A stretch of 64,000 bases of DNA. Source: the human T2T-CHM13v2.0 reference genome, Homo sapiens. The stretch is from the NCBI RefSeq assembly GCF_009914755.1, contig NC_060926.1; one strand, written 5' to 3'. How positions within the stretch are numbered: position 1 is the stretch's first letter; every line of letters begins with the position of its first letter. Made by a program: the position numbers and the translations under genes. Below are positions 42,905 through 58,850 of this stretch, piece after piece. The notes beneath the pieces were generated by a model. That model had not been told where the DNA came from, did not search any database, and was given only the letters and a program-made list of their open reading frames with translations.

Positions 42905-43342
42905 GTGTGCTGGACACATTCCCTACGTCCCTTCAGATCCACCCTCCACCCTTTTCCACACAAACTCTTAGCTACAGGAGTTTCACAGGACTTTCTGCCT
43001 TCTGCCTCCAAGTGGGCTTGATCAGTGAAATGTACCTGTAGGAGATAGATGTGGAAGGATATGAGATGGGTGTACTTAGTCTCCCAGCTCTCTTTCTGCC
43101 ACGTTGCTATGGATTGGCTGCATCTCTGCTGGGCTAGTGTTCATGATATGTCAGGTGGCCCTTTCTATATCAGTCTTAGTAGGGATGTAATGTCTTCCCA
43201 TCTTGCTAGCTCTAACTGCACCTGCCATTGTTGGGTTGCCTAAAGCTGCCCACACCAGTAAGTGGTTTCTGTAGTAAAGTTTCATCACTTAACCTGGTTA
43301 AAGTGTGCCATGTGATTCTTTCTAGAAACCTGATTGACACAA
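42905..43342 (+). mobile_element. Old ERVL LTR (LTR16/LTR33-like)
   Basis: Ends aagtgtgccatgtgattctttctagaaacctgattgacaca. Confidence 0.5.
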
Positions 43343-44009
43343 ACATTAAAACTAAAAGCCAATGGTTTTAGGTGAGGTCATTTGTAATAAAATGAGAAGT
43401 AATTTTGAAAACTTCATCAACTACACAGATGCACATTGATTTAGGTAGGAAAAGGTAAAGGATAAATTTTTCTCAAGGCTGAATTATTTTACCTTACAGA
43501 GAAAAAAATATTAAAAAGATATCAGAACTAGAGGCAAAAGCTTAGAAGAATGAATTCATTGTTTATCTTAACTATAACTTAAGGAGAGTTTAAAATTTTT
43601 GGTGAGGTAAGCAGAGATTTATTTTGTTTTAGAGCTCTTATTCACAATCAGTACCTTCAAGGCAAAACTGCGGAGGCTTTCATTGCATATGGCAAAATGG
43701 CTATAACAAAAATGAAGTTTGAGAGTTGGGTAATGAGAATTGATTCTGTGGATAACCACTCTTAGTTTGTAAATTTGATGAAAATTATAGAGTTAGAAAT
43801 AAATAAGCAACACTCTCAGCAATTTTTCATCACTTAAAATATCCTTTGAGTAATTCTGCAGGGCATACTCGAAACTGATGAGTGGATCAAAAATGCTTAC
43901 TGATCATCACATGTCAGAAGTGACATGACCTCACAGGAGAAAGACTACTGAAATGTTCACCAACAGTAGTATGAAAATTTGTACTAAAGCCCCTTTGGCC
44001 ACATTCTGG

Positions 44010-44140
44010 AAATCTCAGTCCTGGGTGTAGCTTCCAGGAGAGCAGAGGTATTGCTTCTCTCATTTACTGCTGTATAACCTAAAATAGAACCTGACACATA
44101 GTAGTCACTAGATAAATATTTGCTGAACAGCTGAATCAAT
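44010..44140 (+). mobile_element. L2 3' terminus
   Basis: catttactgctgtataacctaaaatagaacctgacacatagtagtcactagataaatatttgctgaa. Confidence 0.65.
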
Positions 44141-44187
44141 TTAATGGGTGTTTCCTTGGTGATTACTCTGGTTTTGCTCATAAAGTT

Positions 44188-44511
<324 letters not shown>

Positions 44512-44816
44512 TAAACGATTGCCATTTGTAATACATATTTAGATGACTAACTTCTCAATTTGTAATAACAATTATAAACCTTCGGCAGTGGAGAGAAATT
44601 GCCTGGATAAAGCTGAAGGACCCAGTGGATTAACATCCCATTCTTTAGCCAAAGAGATGGTAAGAAAATACTTTTTCTTAATGAAAATTAATCTAAAACA
44701 TATTTTTAATAAAAAAACAATATGAATGTACTGTCAAGTAGAATGCAAAATTAAAATGATTTTCTTTTAGCTAGAATATGAGACATGAGGGGGTTTGCCT
44801 TTCTTGCAATGGCTTC

Positions 44817-45177
44817 TGATACGGTTTCACTGTGTCCCCACCCAAATCTCATCTTGAACTGTAATCTCCATAATCCCCAAGTGTTTCGGGGGGACCCGGT
44901 AGGAGGTAATTGAAATATGGGGGTGGTTTCCCCCTTGCTGTTCTTGTGATAGTGAGTTCTTATGAGATCTGATGGTTTTATAAGTGTCTACCATTTTCCC
45001 TGTTTGCACTCATTCTTTCTCCTGCCACCCTGTGAAGAGGTGCCTTCCACCATGATTGTAAGTTTTCTGAGGCCTCCCCAACCCTGCAGAACTGTGAGTC
45101 AATTTTAAACCTCTTTTCTTTGTAAATTACCTAGTCCCAAGCAGTTCTTCATAGCAGCACAAGAATGGACTAATACA
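44817..45177 (+). mobile_element. THE1 solo LTR with 5-bp TSD GCTTC
   Basis: tgatacggtttcactgtgtccccacccaaatctcatcttgaa...gaatggactaataca; GCTTC at 44812-44816 and 45178-45182. Confidence 0.92.
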
Positions 45178-45509
45178 GCTTCCTTCTCAAGATGCTGGAA
45201 GTTCCTGTTAACTCTCCTAGGCTTTCAGGAATCCTGCTCACAGGCTTCAATAGACGTTTTGGCCATTGTATCAGACCCATATGAGCCACTATCACTAAGC
45301 TACTATCAGCTATTTATTTGGTTCCATTTTCTGCTAATTCACCCTTTTGGGTGTTTTTCTGAAAATAACTGGAGTCATTTACAATACATTCCTTCATCTA
45401 TTCAAGCATTCATATTATCTCTAGGTCTGTTTATCACTCATTACCTGAGCCCTCGTTTCCATGTAAAGCATCGTGTCTGTGAATTTTTAACAGTTCTTTT
45501 ATTACCTTA

Positions 45510-45950
45510 TTTCTTAGGTTGGATTATCTGCAGAACAGACTATGAGAAGGAGATTCATATGTGTAAATTTATTGGTGAATGTGCTCAAAATCAGTTCTTG
45601 TGTGGAAGTGAAGTAGGGTTACGTGGAGAAAGGAGTTGGGAAGGGACACTTTTGCAACAAAGGTTTTCCATAACTGTGATGGACATTCAGAGTTGATCAG
45701 CCTTCAAGCAAGGGGTCTGGGCCTTTATTCCTTCCCTCACACACATAGACCACTCACTGAATGTGGGCATGTGGGCTGCCCTATGAATGAGGTCCAATCT
45801 TGGGCAATGAGGCTCTGTTCCATTGAGGGTAATTCCTGGTTAGTGGCTCAGATGAGATTCTCAGCTGCCAACAATACCAGCATCACCGGATGAGTATTCA
45901 GTCCTGAAGGGGGAGTGGGTCTGTGTGATTCACTGTAGCGCACATTATAC
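45510..45950. mobile_element. Old ERVL-class LTR relic
   Basis: ttcttaggttggattatctgcagaacagactatgagaaggagattcatatgtgtaaatttattgg. Confidence 0.45.
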
Positions 45951-45959
45951 TATAGTAGG

Positions 45960-46692
45960 GTAGGGGTGGAAAAGGTGTAAGGCCCTTCCTCACCCATCGT
46001 AAGGGTCATGGCCTACACTCCTACAGTAAAAGACAGATTAACAAGAGAAAAGCATAACAAATTTACTTAATCAAAGTTTTATGTGACACAGGAGCCTTCA
46101 GACATGAAGACTCAAATACCCAGGGAAAACTGTACATTTTTATGTCTGAATTTGATGAAGAATAGGCAAACAGCCATGTATAAATGTAATTGGACAAACA
46201 TGGGATTAAATAATGGTAATAGGCTAGGGAGGCAGGGACCTAGCAAGACCTGTCTGTTCAGATTCTTCTTGGCCTCTCTGTGTAGAGTTCCTTCCTTCTA
46301 GCTATCAGGCAGGACTCCTCTGGAACAAAAGTCTTATGCTCTACTACCAGCTAAGGTAGATCAGAGAACTTCTCCATGGCCAGTTCCTATACAGAAAGGT
46401 TAGAGTAAGGGGAAGGCTAGAGTCGTATTTCTGGGTTTTATGACTTACTTTGGGAAAGATGGGTTCTATTTTCTATGACCCACCATGGGGAAGAGGAATT
46501 CTGGTTTCTATGACTTGCTTTGGAGGAGAAAGAGGGGTAGGGGGCAGGAGATAGGAGGGCAGCAGAAGATCAGAGAGAGAGAGAGAGACTTTGCTTCTGA
46601 AACTGCTTCTGAGGGCTTCCAACCTCCTTTAGTTCAAAGGACTAGCATGCCAAAGTGCCATACTTTGGGATATTGTTTTCTGAGCCCCAGCA
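45960..46692 (-). mobile_element. ERV1 LTR (MER34/MER39-group-like)
   Basis: Ends gcatgccaaagtgccatactttgggatattgttttctgagccccagca; internal agacagattaacaagagaaaagcataacaaattta. Confidence 0.65.
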
Positions 46693-46943
46693 GTAGGGTT
46701 CAAATGCTCTTCTGGGGAGTTCCTCCTAACAATATGCCTCTCAAGAATAAAGTTTCATTGTCTCTGGTTTCTGCCTATGGTTGGCCATATTTGCAACCAT
46801 CAAATAGTTATTCAAGAAAAAATGGTTTGCTTGTTTCTTCTGGAATGCAGAAAAGTCCCAGGCCTTGGCTCTGTTCTTATGCTGTATCTTCCCATCCTAA
46901 ATGGGTGTTTCCTTGGTGATTACTCTAGTTTAGCTCATAAAGT

Positions 46944-47040
46944 GTTTTTGTTTTTGGTTTGTTTGTTTGTTTTTGGGACAGTCTTGCTCTGTTGCCTAAG
47001 CTGAAGTGCAGGGGCACGATCACATAGCTTCCTGCAGCTT
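46944..47040 (-). mobile_element. Alu 3' fragment (J-like)
   Basis: (GTTT)n tail then gacagtcttgctctgttgcctaagctgaagtgcag...catagcttcctgcagc. Confidence 0.8.
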
Positions 47041-48589
47041 CCTGCAATCACGGCTTACCAACTCCTAAGAGCCAGTGTTCAATTTCCTTTCTTCAAGAAA
47101 ATTTATTCAAGTTTCCATTGACTTCCCAATTACTCTAGCTATAATCCAGTTTATTGTCAGTAGGCCCTGGGTTCATTCTGGCAAAAATATATGTAAAAGC
47201 CTTGGGTCCATGACTTATTGTCCATTAATTTATCTCCTCTTGAATTTACTTTTAAGTTCTTTTTGTTCTTTGCTAGAATAAGTTGCTTTGGTTTTAAGAA
47301 TCAGTCTCACTCAAAATAATGTGACAAAAAATAATTGGTTAGCAGGTGACTGTTATTTTGACAATATTTGTAGGTTAGTACTGGGGTCAATGGACACTTG
47401 AGGCAGCTCCAAAAGTGCTTTTATCTCACGAGCCACTGAAATCTCAAGGTTTTGGCTTTTTGATTCCTTCAATACCAAGCAGCCAATCCTCTTCTATTCT
47501 GTAGCCTACATACTAGAAGGAGCCAATCTGTGTGGCTTAGCTGATCACCAATGACTTTACTTGCTTTTAATATCAGATTATATCAGGGGTTGACTAGCCT
47601 ATGCATGGCTGTCTTTGAGTCAGGGACCACTCTTAGTCTTATCCATAGCTATCCTAGTCCTTCAGCATATAGCACTGCCTCTTTGAGTAAGGAACTTGCA
47701 ACTTAATGAAACTTATTGGATTTGGTAGAGGCATGACCGACATATGCTACTCATTGTTAATACCATCATTTTGTGGGTATCACTTGCCAGAAGTTTTATA
47801 TACATGGTAAACGGATAGTTATTTTTGTTTGCTGTGAAATTGCTCTTTTCAAGTCTTGTGAGACATGTTAAAGTCCATATATAACCTATTTATTTTCTTT
47901 ATTCTATTTATATTCTGATTATATAATAAAAGAGCATTTAAAAAGTCGTAACATATACATATTAACAAGTGTGCACACGTTTGAAGGAAAATATGGATTA
48001 ATTCATTTTTTGATATTGAAATAAAATTATACTTATTCATGTATACATGTGGCAAAGCATTAATGGCTGTATCAAATAATTTTATACAAATGAATCATAA
48101 CTGTAAATCATATAGTCTTTCAAATCTTCCATTATGAATTCATGGATTAGAATTCATTTAGAATTCATTATGAATTCTAAAATTATAGCATATAAAATAA
48201 ATGAAATATTATCAGATAGCACGTAGTTTGACCGCAGCATTTAATATTAATAAGATTTTTGGATTTGCTGCTTACAGTACTATGCAATCATAGCTAAACC
48301 AAACTATTAATTTGAGTTGATAACTGAGCAAGAGTAGAAATTTTTTTATTTCTTAAATGATGACGGAAATTAATGGTGATTTTGGCAATCAGGGAAGAGC
48401 TTATATTTCACTGTTAAAATGTAGAAGTGCTTTCTCTTGAGAAAAGCATGAATTTAGCTTAGTCTGGGAAAAAAATTCATTTTTGCAAATATACCAGATT
48501 GAATTGGAAACATTGTTAGTGCTTCTCCTAAATTTAAAATATTAGTGAGATTTAAAATCTCTATTTATGAATCGTTGTAGAAGCCCACT

Positions 48590-49110
48590 AGGAAAGACCT
48601 TCTGGGCAAATTATTAGGTTTGTTCCCAAACACTTCCTTGCCCTTCTCCCTGCTAATTGGCTTCCCGCCAGTCCTGCTAGCACTACACACTGGTAGAAGC
48701 ATGGAAGGGGGAAGAAAAGAATCCAGGGGGTGGGTATTTGTCTCTCGTCTTCTTTTCTCTCTCCTTCTCTCCCCTGGTTGTGTTTTCTGGCTGTGGCTGC
48801 AACTCCTCCTGATAGTTGCAGGTCTTCTCTGGACAGGCTCTCAGCTCAGTCCTTGCTTTGGTTTTAGCTCCTGCCAGGCGGCCCAGCTTCTGGGTTCTGC
48901 TGACATTCTGCATCCTCCCTGCATACAGCCAGCCCTCGCCCTCGAGAAAGAAGCAGCTTCCTGCTGTGGCTAATCTCTGAATTGCCTTCCCATGTCTTGC
49001 TTGGCTTCCCAGCCCTTTCATCAACAGTGTAATTAATTTCTCGTATTCAACTCCCTCTGTTTGATACAGGGTATGTTTTCAGTTTGCCTGACTGGACCCT
49101 GAATCATACG
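48590..49110 (+). mobile_element. Old ERVL LTR (LTR33-like)
   Basis: Ends caactccctctgtttgatacagggtatgttttcagtttgcctgactggaccctgaatcatac. Confidence 0.55.
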
Positions 49111-49734
49111 GCATTTCTCCACTTTCCATTCATGGAATAGCAGACTAAAAGGACTTTACATTAAGCAATAATACAGTTTACTACTCTGGATAAACATACG
49201 TAAAGGCAGAGATATTTTACAAATATGTACACATGTGACGTTTCACTTAAATTCAGCCTGATATGACTTACTCCAACATCTTTCTTTTGGATTCTTCCCA
49301 AACTCAATCACTTCCTACTCAAAGTCTTTATATATAAAGATGTCAAAATAATGACTATCAAATGCTGTTTTATGCATATGACTACTTTGTTCAAGCATCT
49401 AGAAGCTATCTCTTTGGTGCTTTAGATCCCAAATCCTTAATCTATTTCTCACAGCTGTCCCTGAATCATTTTCCTCTTCCTGAATCTTTCTAGCCTTATA
49501 TCCTATGTTATGCTCTGATGAAACCTATCTGTTCTGGTCAGACACTCTTGCTTTCCATTCTTAACATTCAATTTCCTGTTTTCTACTGTTGTGTCTTCAC
49601 TAGGGCAGCAGCGCCCTTTCTTATCACATCTTTGACATTGATAATACCTTATAGAGAATAAGAATAATACCTTATCATCATTAACAATTCATCATTATAC
49701 ACATATGTAACTTCTCCAGATCTCCCTCTTTTTG

Positions 49735-50940
<1,206 letters not shown>

Positions 50941-51206
50941 ATGGGGCTTCTGCCTGTCTCTCAGGTCCTCTGCATTCCACCAAACACAAATCCGATCATG
51001 TTACTGTCCTGCTTAAAATCCTTTGGTGGTTTATAATTTTCTGCAATAGTCATTTAAATACTCAGCAAACTTTTTTGATATTTACAATTGTGGGGAGAAT
51101 AAGTGTTCAGAATCTTAAGTTTAAATTGAAACTGAAGGAATAGGTAGAAGAATGAACACCATACCAGCACTTCCTAGCCCAGTGAGAGTTCAAAGCCTTG
51201 AGCCAT

Positions 51207-51507
51207 GGCTGGCTCCGGTAGCTCACACCTGTAATCCCAGCACTTTGGGAGCTCAAAAAAGGCAGATCACTTGAAGTTAGGAGTTCAAGACCAGCCTGGC
51301 CAACATGGTGAAAACTCGTCTCTACTAAAAATACAAAAATTAGCCAGGTGTGGTGGCACACATCTGTAATTCCAGCTACTCAGGAGGCTGAGGCAGGAGA
51401 ATTGCTTGAACCCAGGAAGCAGAGGCTTCAGTGAGCCAAGATTGCACCACTGCACTCCAGCCTGTGCAACAGAGCTAGACTCTGTCTCAACAACAACAAC
51501 AAACCAC
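51207..51507 (+). mobile_element. AluS with (CAA)n tail
   Basis: Full dimer; aaagcctt repeated at 51192 and 51508. Confidence 0.95.
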
Positions 51508-51569
51508 AAAGCCTTAAACTAATGTTGGTCAAATATCTAATGTTATAAATTCTGTTACCAGACAGACAG

Positions 51570-51735
51570 GGAAGTGAAGAAAGCACTGGACTATGACCAA
51601 GAGGTTCTGGGTTCTGATTCTGGCTGAACCAGTTTCCTTGACCTCTCTAATCCAGTTTCCTCATCTACAAAATGAGGATATTGTATCAGGTAATCTGCAA
51701 GGCCCCATTCAGCTCTGTAATTCTGTGATTCTCAG
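51570..51735 (+). mobile_element. MIR3-like SINE
   Basis: aaagcactggactatgaccaagaggttctgggttctg...cagtttcctcatctacaaaatgagg...cagctctgtaattctgtgattct. Confidence 0.65.
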
Positions 51736-54700
51736 ATACTAGATTAAATGTTTCCGGATTGCTTTTTGAGCATCAAATGAAATAATATGTAGATTGTGAA
51801 TTAGAATACACATCTTAACATTAGTTTTGCTATGGTCCTGGCACCCTCATTACAGAGCTAGTTACACTTTGTCTCCAGCAGTTGTGTACTTGATGTGCAG
51901 TTTCTACGTATCATTTGAATTGTTTCACTTTGCAAGTAGTTTCAGACTCAATGAAAACAAGTGACATTTAGAAATGCTAGTAAGTGGAAAAAAAGTTGAA
52001 AGAGGGCAATATATCTTGCCTACTATGTGTTGAGTGCTTTATGTATATTACACCTTAAAATAGAGTTATCATCCCATTTTACAAAAAAGGATAGTGACAT
52101 ATGACTAAGATTACTTAGCTTATCACTGCGCACACATGACTTACACACTGAAATGTCCAGGCCCAAATCTCTCTCTACCTTCTGTCAATTACATGGATGC
52201 CCGTTCACTTCCTCTCCAAGTAAAGGGATATAAATGAGAATCAGAAAGTGGCCTTTGGTAAAGTAAGCAGAATTGAAAAGAGAACTCTTGGTTGCACCCT
52301 TACCTCAAAGCTATCTTTGGACAGCTGAGCTTGCTGGAGAGCACCAATGACCACTGCTATTGGCCCTCTTTCTAACAGTCTTCTACAGATGCCTAGAGGT
52401 GAAAGGACTTGGTCCTATCCAGAGTAGGGCCTATTCCTGTGCTTACCGTTAATGGGCCCCAGTGAGCTTCAGAGAAGGAGATCACACATTGAGGAAAACA
52501 ACTAATTAATAATCAAAATTAACTTAATATAACAGCATCAGGACAGTTTCCTTGCTTTTGGTTGCTCATTTTACTTTTTTTTTTTTTTAAGAGATGCTCA
52601 TTTCATGATTCAGCTCCTTTTCAAGAAAACAAACTTAGGGAGAATATTAGTTTCTACAGAGTAGAATTCAATATAAGGAGGGGTGATATAGCTGTACCAT
52701 TTGTGAAGACTTGTGAGTCTTGCTTATAGGATGGGCAAAAAATGGACCTTCCAAAAAGCCGGTGGCCCATAATATTCCCCTTAGGGTGAAGAGCATTGTT
52801 ATTTGTGCATCCAGGACAGCTACAGAAATAAATAACCAAAAATGTCAACAAATGAATGCCATGCAGTATTTAGAGACAAACAGCTCTAAAGAAGAATCCA
52901 TTCTTGTCCAGTTAAACAATAACCCAGACCATTTGCTTTTAAATATAAAAGGGAAAAAATGAAAACGAATACCCATTTTTCTCTTTCATTATTTATGCAA
53001 TCATTCTTGCACCTGCTTTCAGAAGGAAGCAAAGAATGTGATCTTTTATACTAATGCTCCAAGGGTTTTATAAATAAGTTAATTTAATTAGTAAAATTGA
53101 TTCAATTTTTTTGTGATAAATAGTACTTGCTATAAATAATTCCTTGAAAGGTAAAAATATTTTGTTTAACAGTGCAAAACATGAGACTCAATTACTGGTC
53201 AACTATAGATTAAATATTATCATTCTTCATTCAATGTATACCTGATAGTACCTGACATTTTAGTTAGGCAGGGTGGTTTAATAATATTGGTCAGGATTAT
53301 TGTTCTTTCTCTGTATAACACTTCTTTACTGGCTACTCCAGTACTTGCTAAGCTGTTGGATAACAAATGGAAAAATATCACATCACAGGCATATTTATCT
53401 ACCGAGCAGGCAAAACAAGAAAATGGAACCCGGGCTTGGCATCATCTAGTGTTACTCAATCAAGGCAAATTATTTATTGTCTTCTGCCCAGGAGGTCCCA
53501 TGGGGCATGAAATATTGATTTAGGAATTTGCTGGGCATGAATGACTGTGTGTTGCAATTGTGTTCTTTTTTTTAATCCCTTGATAATATATGGTAAATTG
53601 TTTCTATATATGCTGTGATGAGGCTGAATAACAAATTAAACCTGGCTATTTAATAAACATGAAATGTAAACACTAAACTCTTCATACTAACTTAGGGCTA
53701 TAAAAGGTCACCCCATGGTGTACAGGATTGCACAATGCACTGTTCACATCCTTGTCTAGAGTCATCTCTTCCTTCATCTCACAATGGCATGGCCTCTGCT
53801 GCATCCCCTAGGTCCCGATTCCAACTTCCCAAGTGGAACTGGGAGAGCCGGAGTGTTCTTTATGGTTCACTTGGGGATTATCAAAGCCAGGACTTGGGGT
53901 GGGAGGTTCTAGATATTGGGAAGGAGCTAAAGCTGGGCTAAGAGGGAATTTGTGGCGAAGAGGAGGAGCTATTCATGACCCAAGCAGAAGAAAATGAGTC
54001 TGGAGCAACTGTAAAGCAAAAAGCCACGATGCAGGAAGGATGGCAACATGCAAAGTTATTTCATCAGTGGAAAATCTTTGCTCTGTACCATTCTATAGGT
54101 CCATGAAATACCGAATATTAAAAGTGAGGGCCACACATTAATGCACGGCATCAGTATCTATTTGTTTGTTTGATTCACTCATTGGTACTTCTCATGTAAG
54201 AAACAGCACAGCAGTTACGATGAAGACTCTGGAATCAGATGACCTGGGTTTTAAGCCAGCCTCTGCTACTTTCTAAGAATGAGATTTTAACTAAATCATT
54301 TAACTTCCTTTGGCCTCAGCTCCTCATCTCTAAAAAGAGGATAAAGTGTCTCCTTTGAAGAGAGCTGGCCTGAGAATGGAGACCACACTGAGGAACAGAT
54401 AGAGCTAAGAGCTGGACAGAGCTAGCTGGCCCCTGAGGACATAGTTTGAGTTCCTGCTTTCAACCTTGCCTCAATGGAGTGCCCTCTGGATCTTCTGATT
54501 TTATGAGGTGATCAATTCTGTCTTTGGTTTATTTAAATGTAAATTAGTTTGTATTGGATTTACAACCAAATTACAATGGACTTGGTTTACGTGATCCTCT
54601 TGGTTTGCCACTGACTTTCTATACATAGAAGACAACCAATATATACTTACTGAATGTATGAATGAGCTAAAATTTATTTTTTTAAAAAACCTCTTGAAAC

Positions 54701-55851
54701 CCATGAATTTAATCTCCTCTGCATTATCATACCATCCTAGGCAATTCACGTTCAATTTAAGTGTGTCCACATAGGAGCACATCCTTCTGTAGAGAAACAC
54801 ATGATGCAGCCCTGAGGGTCTTGCTGGATGAACTGGATGGCTAAGAAAACTGCAGGGAGAGACCAGAGATTGAGCTCAGAAGACCTGAGTTCTTTTCAAC
54901 AGAACTAACACCATGGTCTGCTCAGTCTCTTGACCTCTCCGAGCACCATTCTTGATGCACAAGATGCGAAGAATAATATCTACCTACCGGGTAGTTGTTA
55001 AGCTCAAAGGAGCTCATTTACATGAGAGCTAAGAATGAAACTAACGTAATTTGTTGGTTTCCCCCACATATTCCCATTTCAATTGGTGATGGATACACAC
55101 CTGCCAAATCATGAGCCTAAGGGTGTTAACTTTTTTTTTTCCTAATAAAATGCACAACGGTAGTCGCATTCCAGAAGGCTATGTGTCAACACACGCGATC
55201 ATATCTGGGTCTTGGGTGTGACCTTTGGCCAAATACTCAGTGTCCTCGAGGGTCTGTAAAAGGAAAAGTTTCCACTGGCGCGTTCTCTCCAAGGTTCGCT
55301 TCAGCTCTGCTATCCCAGGGCTCCTGATGGCAGCGGCACGGGCTGTGCTTAAGGCGAGTTCCTAACAGGCCCTCGGGGCACTCCTGCATCTCCGCACCCG
55401 GCAGCCTCGCCCCTTGGGTGTTTTTGGTGGGCGTGACTAGAAGCACCTGCTCCTGGGCTCCTTTTGCATCTTGCTGCAGTCCCCTCCTGTGAAGGGCGCA
55501 GCTCTGCAGTCTCCTCGCTCTTCCCTCGGGTGTTCTTTCTGAGATCCGGTTTCAATCCTCGAGCGTGTAGCCCTCAGGTCCCCTTACAACTCCCCAGAGC
55601 TCCGTGTGCATGCGTGCGAGAGGGAGAGAGCCAGGGAGAGACCCAGGTGACGAGACGAGGCTCCCGGGCTCCAGTTACTGGCCCGCAGGGCCGGGGCACG
55701 TCGTCGCCCAGCGTGCGGCGGGGCCCGGGAGCGCCGCGGCCCCTTTAAGAGCCGGGCCCAGGCCGTCGCCGGGACCGCAGGAGCCCAGAGCGCGGGCGCC
55801 GCAGAGGAGTTGGGAGCCGGCGCAAAAGTTTCCTCCCAACTCTGGCCCCGT

Positions 55852-56031
55852 GCGCCGCCGCCGCCGCCGCCCACTCCAGCCCCCGGCTTGGGGCCGGCCC
55901 TGCCAACGCCGCCAGGGCCAGGGCCAGGGCCAGGACCAGCGACAGGGCAGGGCCGGCAGTTTCGCTTTGGTGGGCGCGGAGCAGCCGCCTGGGCCGGGCA
56001 GGAGTAGGAGCGGGAGGAGGAGGAGGAGGAG
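55852..56031. repeat. GC-rich simple repeats: (GCC)6, (GGGCCA)n hexamer run, (GGA)6
   Basis: gccgccgccgccgccgcc ~55854-55871; gccagggccagggccagggccaggaccag ~55911-55939; ggaggaggaggaggagga ~56013-56030. Confidence 0.9.
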
Positions 56032-56081
56032 CCGGGCCGCGGAGCTGCCGCGTCCCGGGCCGCCGGGCACCTGGGAGGTAA

Positions 56082-56555
<474 letters not shown>

Positions 56556-56609
56556 TAATATCAGTGATGTGGGTGTCTTTGGGTGTTTGTGGGCCTTGAG
56601 CTCCGAGGG

Positions 56610-56760
56610 TCGTGAGTGGACCTGCAGCATTGGAATCTCTTGGGAGCTTCTTAGAACTGCCCAATATGGGCAGTTCTCCAAACCCACCGACTCAGGATCT
56701 GCTCTTTAACGAGATCCCCAGGTGATTGGAATGCCCACTGAAGTTTGAGAACCACTGGTT
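56610..56760. mobile_element. MER5A DNA transposon
   Basis: gacctgcagcattggaatctcttgggagctt...tttaacgagatccccaggtgatt...gaagtttgagaaccactgg. Confidence 0.8.
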
Positions 56761-58629
56761 TAGAACTTGTTTGAGGGAACGTCTTAAAAGGTGCTGCTCA
56801 CCTAAGTGTGATTTTTGACCCATTAAGGCCCGCCTCACTTAGGCTCCTTGGAGTTAGAAAGTTGATTGTGCAAGTGACACATACTCGGAAGTTACAACTG
56901 ATGGGGCCTTTGGAGTTTCAGCCTTGTGAGCTGCCCTGTCTCAGTGACTTGGGCAGGAACACAGGTGGGAGCATGCTGTTTGCTTAGCCAACCTGTCTAC
57001 ATTTTGAGTGTTTTCAGTTTAATGTCACAGATTCTATGACCATTTACTATGTGTGTGGGCTGTTGTCAGGTCCTGAGTGACTATTAAAATGAGAAAGACG
57101 TTCCTAGCTCTGTAGCTGAAGTCAGGAACAAGTATAAATTAAGTGACAATTTTTTTTAAGTGTGCAATACATGTTGAGAAAATATCTGGCACTAGAACTT
57201 ATGCCAAGTATTTGGGTAACATTGGGCCTCTGGGACTTCCTCAGTGAAACTTTTAAAGGAAGGCATTGAATAACCTTTTAATTTTTTGAATCTTCACATG
57301 GAACATTTTGTATGTCCCAAATGCTCCTCAAACAGGGCAAGTCACAAATTCTTGTTTTAGCGGCCAATGGTTCTCTTAATATTTGGTCTCGTGCCATGTG
57401 ACTAAAATAGTGGGTTGGTCAATCTAGTGATGGAAAAACGTAAGTTTTAATTTCTTTTAACTTCTTATCGGTTATCCAAAGCATAAAAGTAATTGTTTCT
57501 TACAAGTGTATAGCTTAGGGGTTTAAGAAAATACTTGCACCTTCTTTGCCTCCATGAAGAATTATTATACAGAAAAAAAATTCAGCTCTGGACAGATACA
57601 TGTGCATATTGCTTTGGATACTCAAGAACTGGAGGAGAGTACAATGAAAGGTCTATTAATATATTAAATATAACCCCTAAAGATGAACTCTTTACTGATG
57701 GAATTGAGGTGGAGGAGGGAAAAAATTAAAGTGGTTTATAAAGCTGTGTGAAAATCAACTGCAATGTTATGTGTGTGTGTGCACGTGCATATGTGTTTGC
57801 CATTGTTAAAATAGTGTTTGCTGTTTAAATCATGTAATTCAGTTAACTGATGTTTAAACAAGTAACCAATTGTCTATTAAATCATATTTCACTAACTTTT
57901 GAAAGTGAGCTAAGATTAATAGTAACAACATTACTCCAGACAGATTATTGAAATAGATCTCATTGAGGGATTGTCTTACCAAATTGAAGTTACTTTTTAA
58001 CTATTAAATAATTTATGCCCTCAAATCTTGTATATTTAGAAGTTTAGTACAGGGGGCTATCCAAGTAAGAGATAAACTACAAGCTTGTAAATAACATGAA
58101 GAGAACTAACCAGCTGATATTTAATTCACTATAATTTGATCTTAAAAGGTGTTAAAATATTGACATTCTGGAATGGAAACGTAACTTATAATATCACAGA
58201 ACAATGTAATTGCATTGATCAGTTTACTATTATTACCAGACTTATATTTTTCTGTTTACATTTATATATTAGTGAATGTGACATTTAAAGGTCACCTGCA
58301 GCATATAAATCCTTCCTCTTATTTTCACTTTTAAAATTTCATTTTAAGAAGTAGTAGGTGATGATTTTTCCCCTCCCCAAGTATTCTTCTCCCATAGTTT
58401 TATTTTAAATAATATTGTAATCATAACAAGATTTAACGAATATTAAATCGTATTCATAATGGCACTAAAAGGTCAATAAATACCCTAACAAATTCCATGC
58501 TTTTATTCATTTTTTTTAAATGAGAAAAGGCCAGAAATGTCAAAATTCAATTTGAAAAACAATGTGTAGTAAATTCACTTTCTGTAAATCAGTGAATTTC
58601 TGCACTTCGTAATAATAATCACACTAACA

Positions 58630-58850
58630 TGTAACATGTATTGTGCTTATTCTGTGCAGGCCCTGTTTTAGGAACTTCATGCTTATGACTTATTTCTCCC
58701 AACAACCTTAGGAGATAGGTACTATTATTATCCCCATTTTACAAATCAGGGGAAAAAGAGACACAGAGACATGACAAGTAAGTCGTAGATTTGGGTTTAG
58801 AAACCAGGAACTGTGTCTTTAGATGTTTGCTCTCAGCCATTAACTGCATA
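58630..58850 (-). mobile_element. MIR SINE
   Basis: caacaaccttaggagataggtactattattatccccattttacaaat. Confidence 0.75.
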
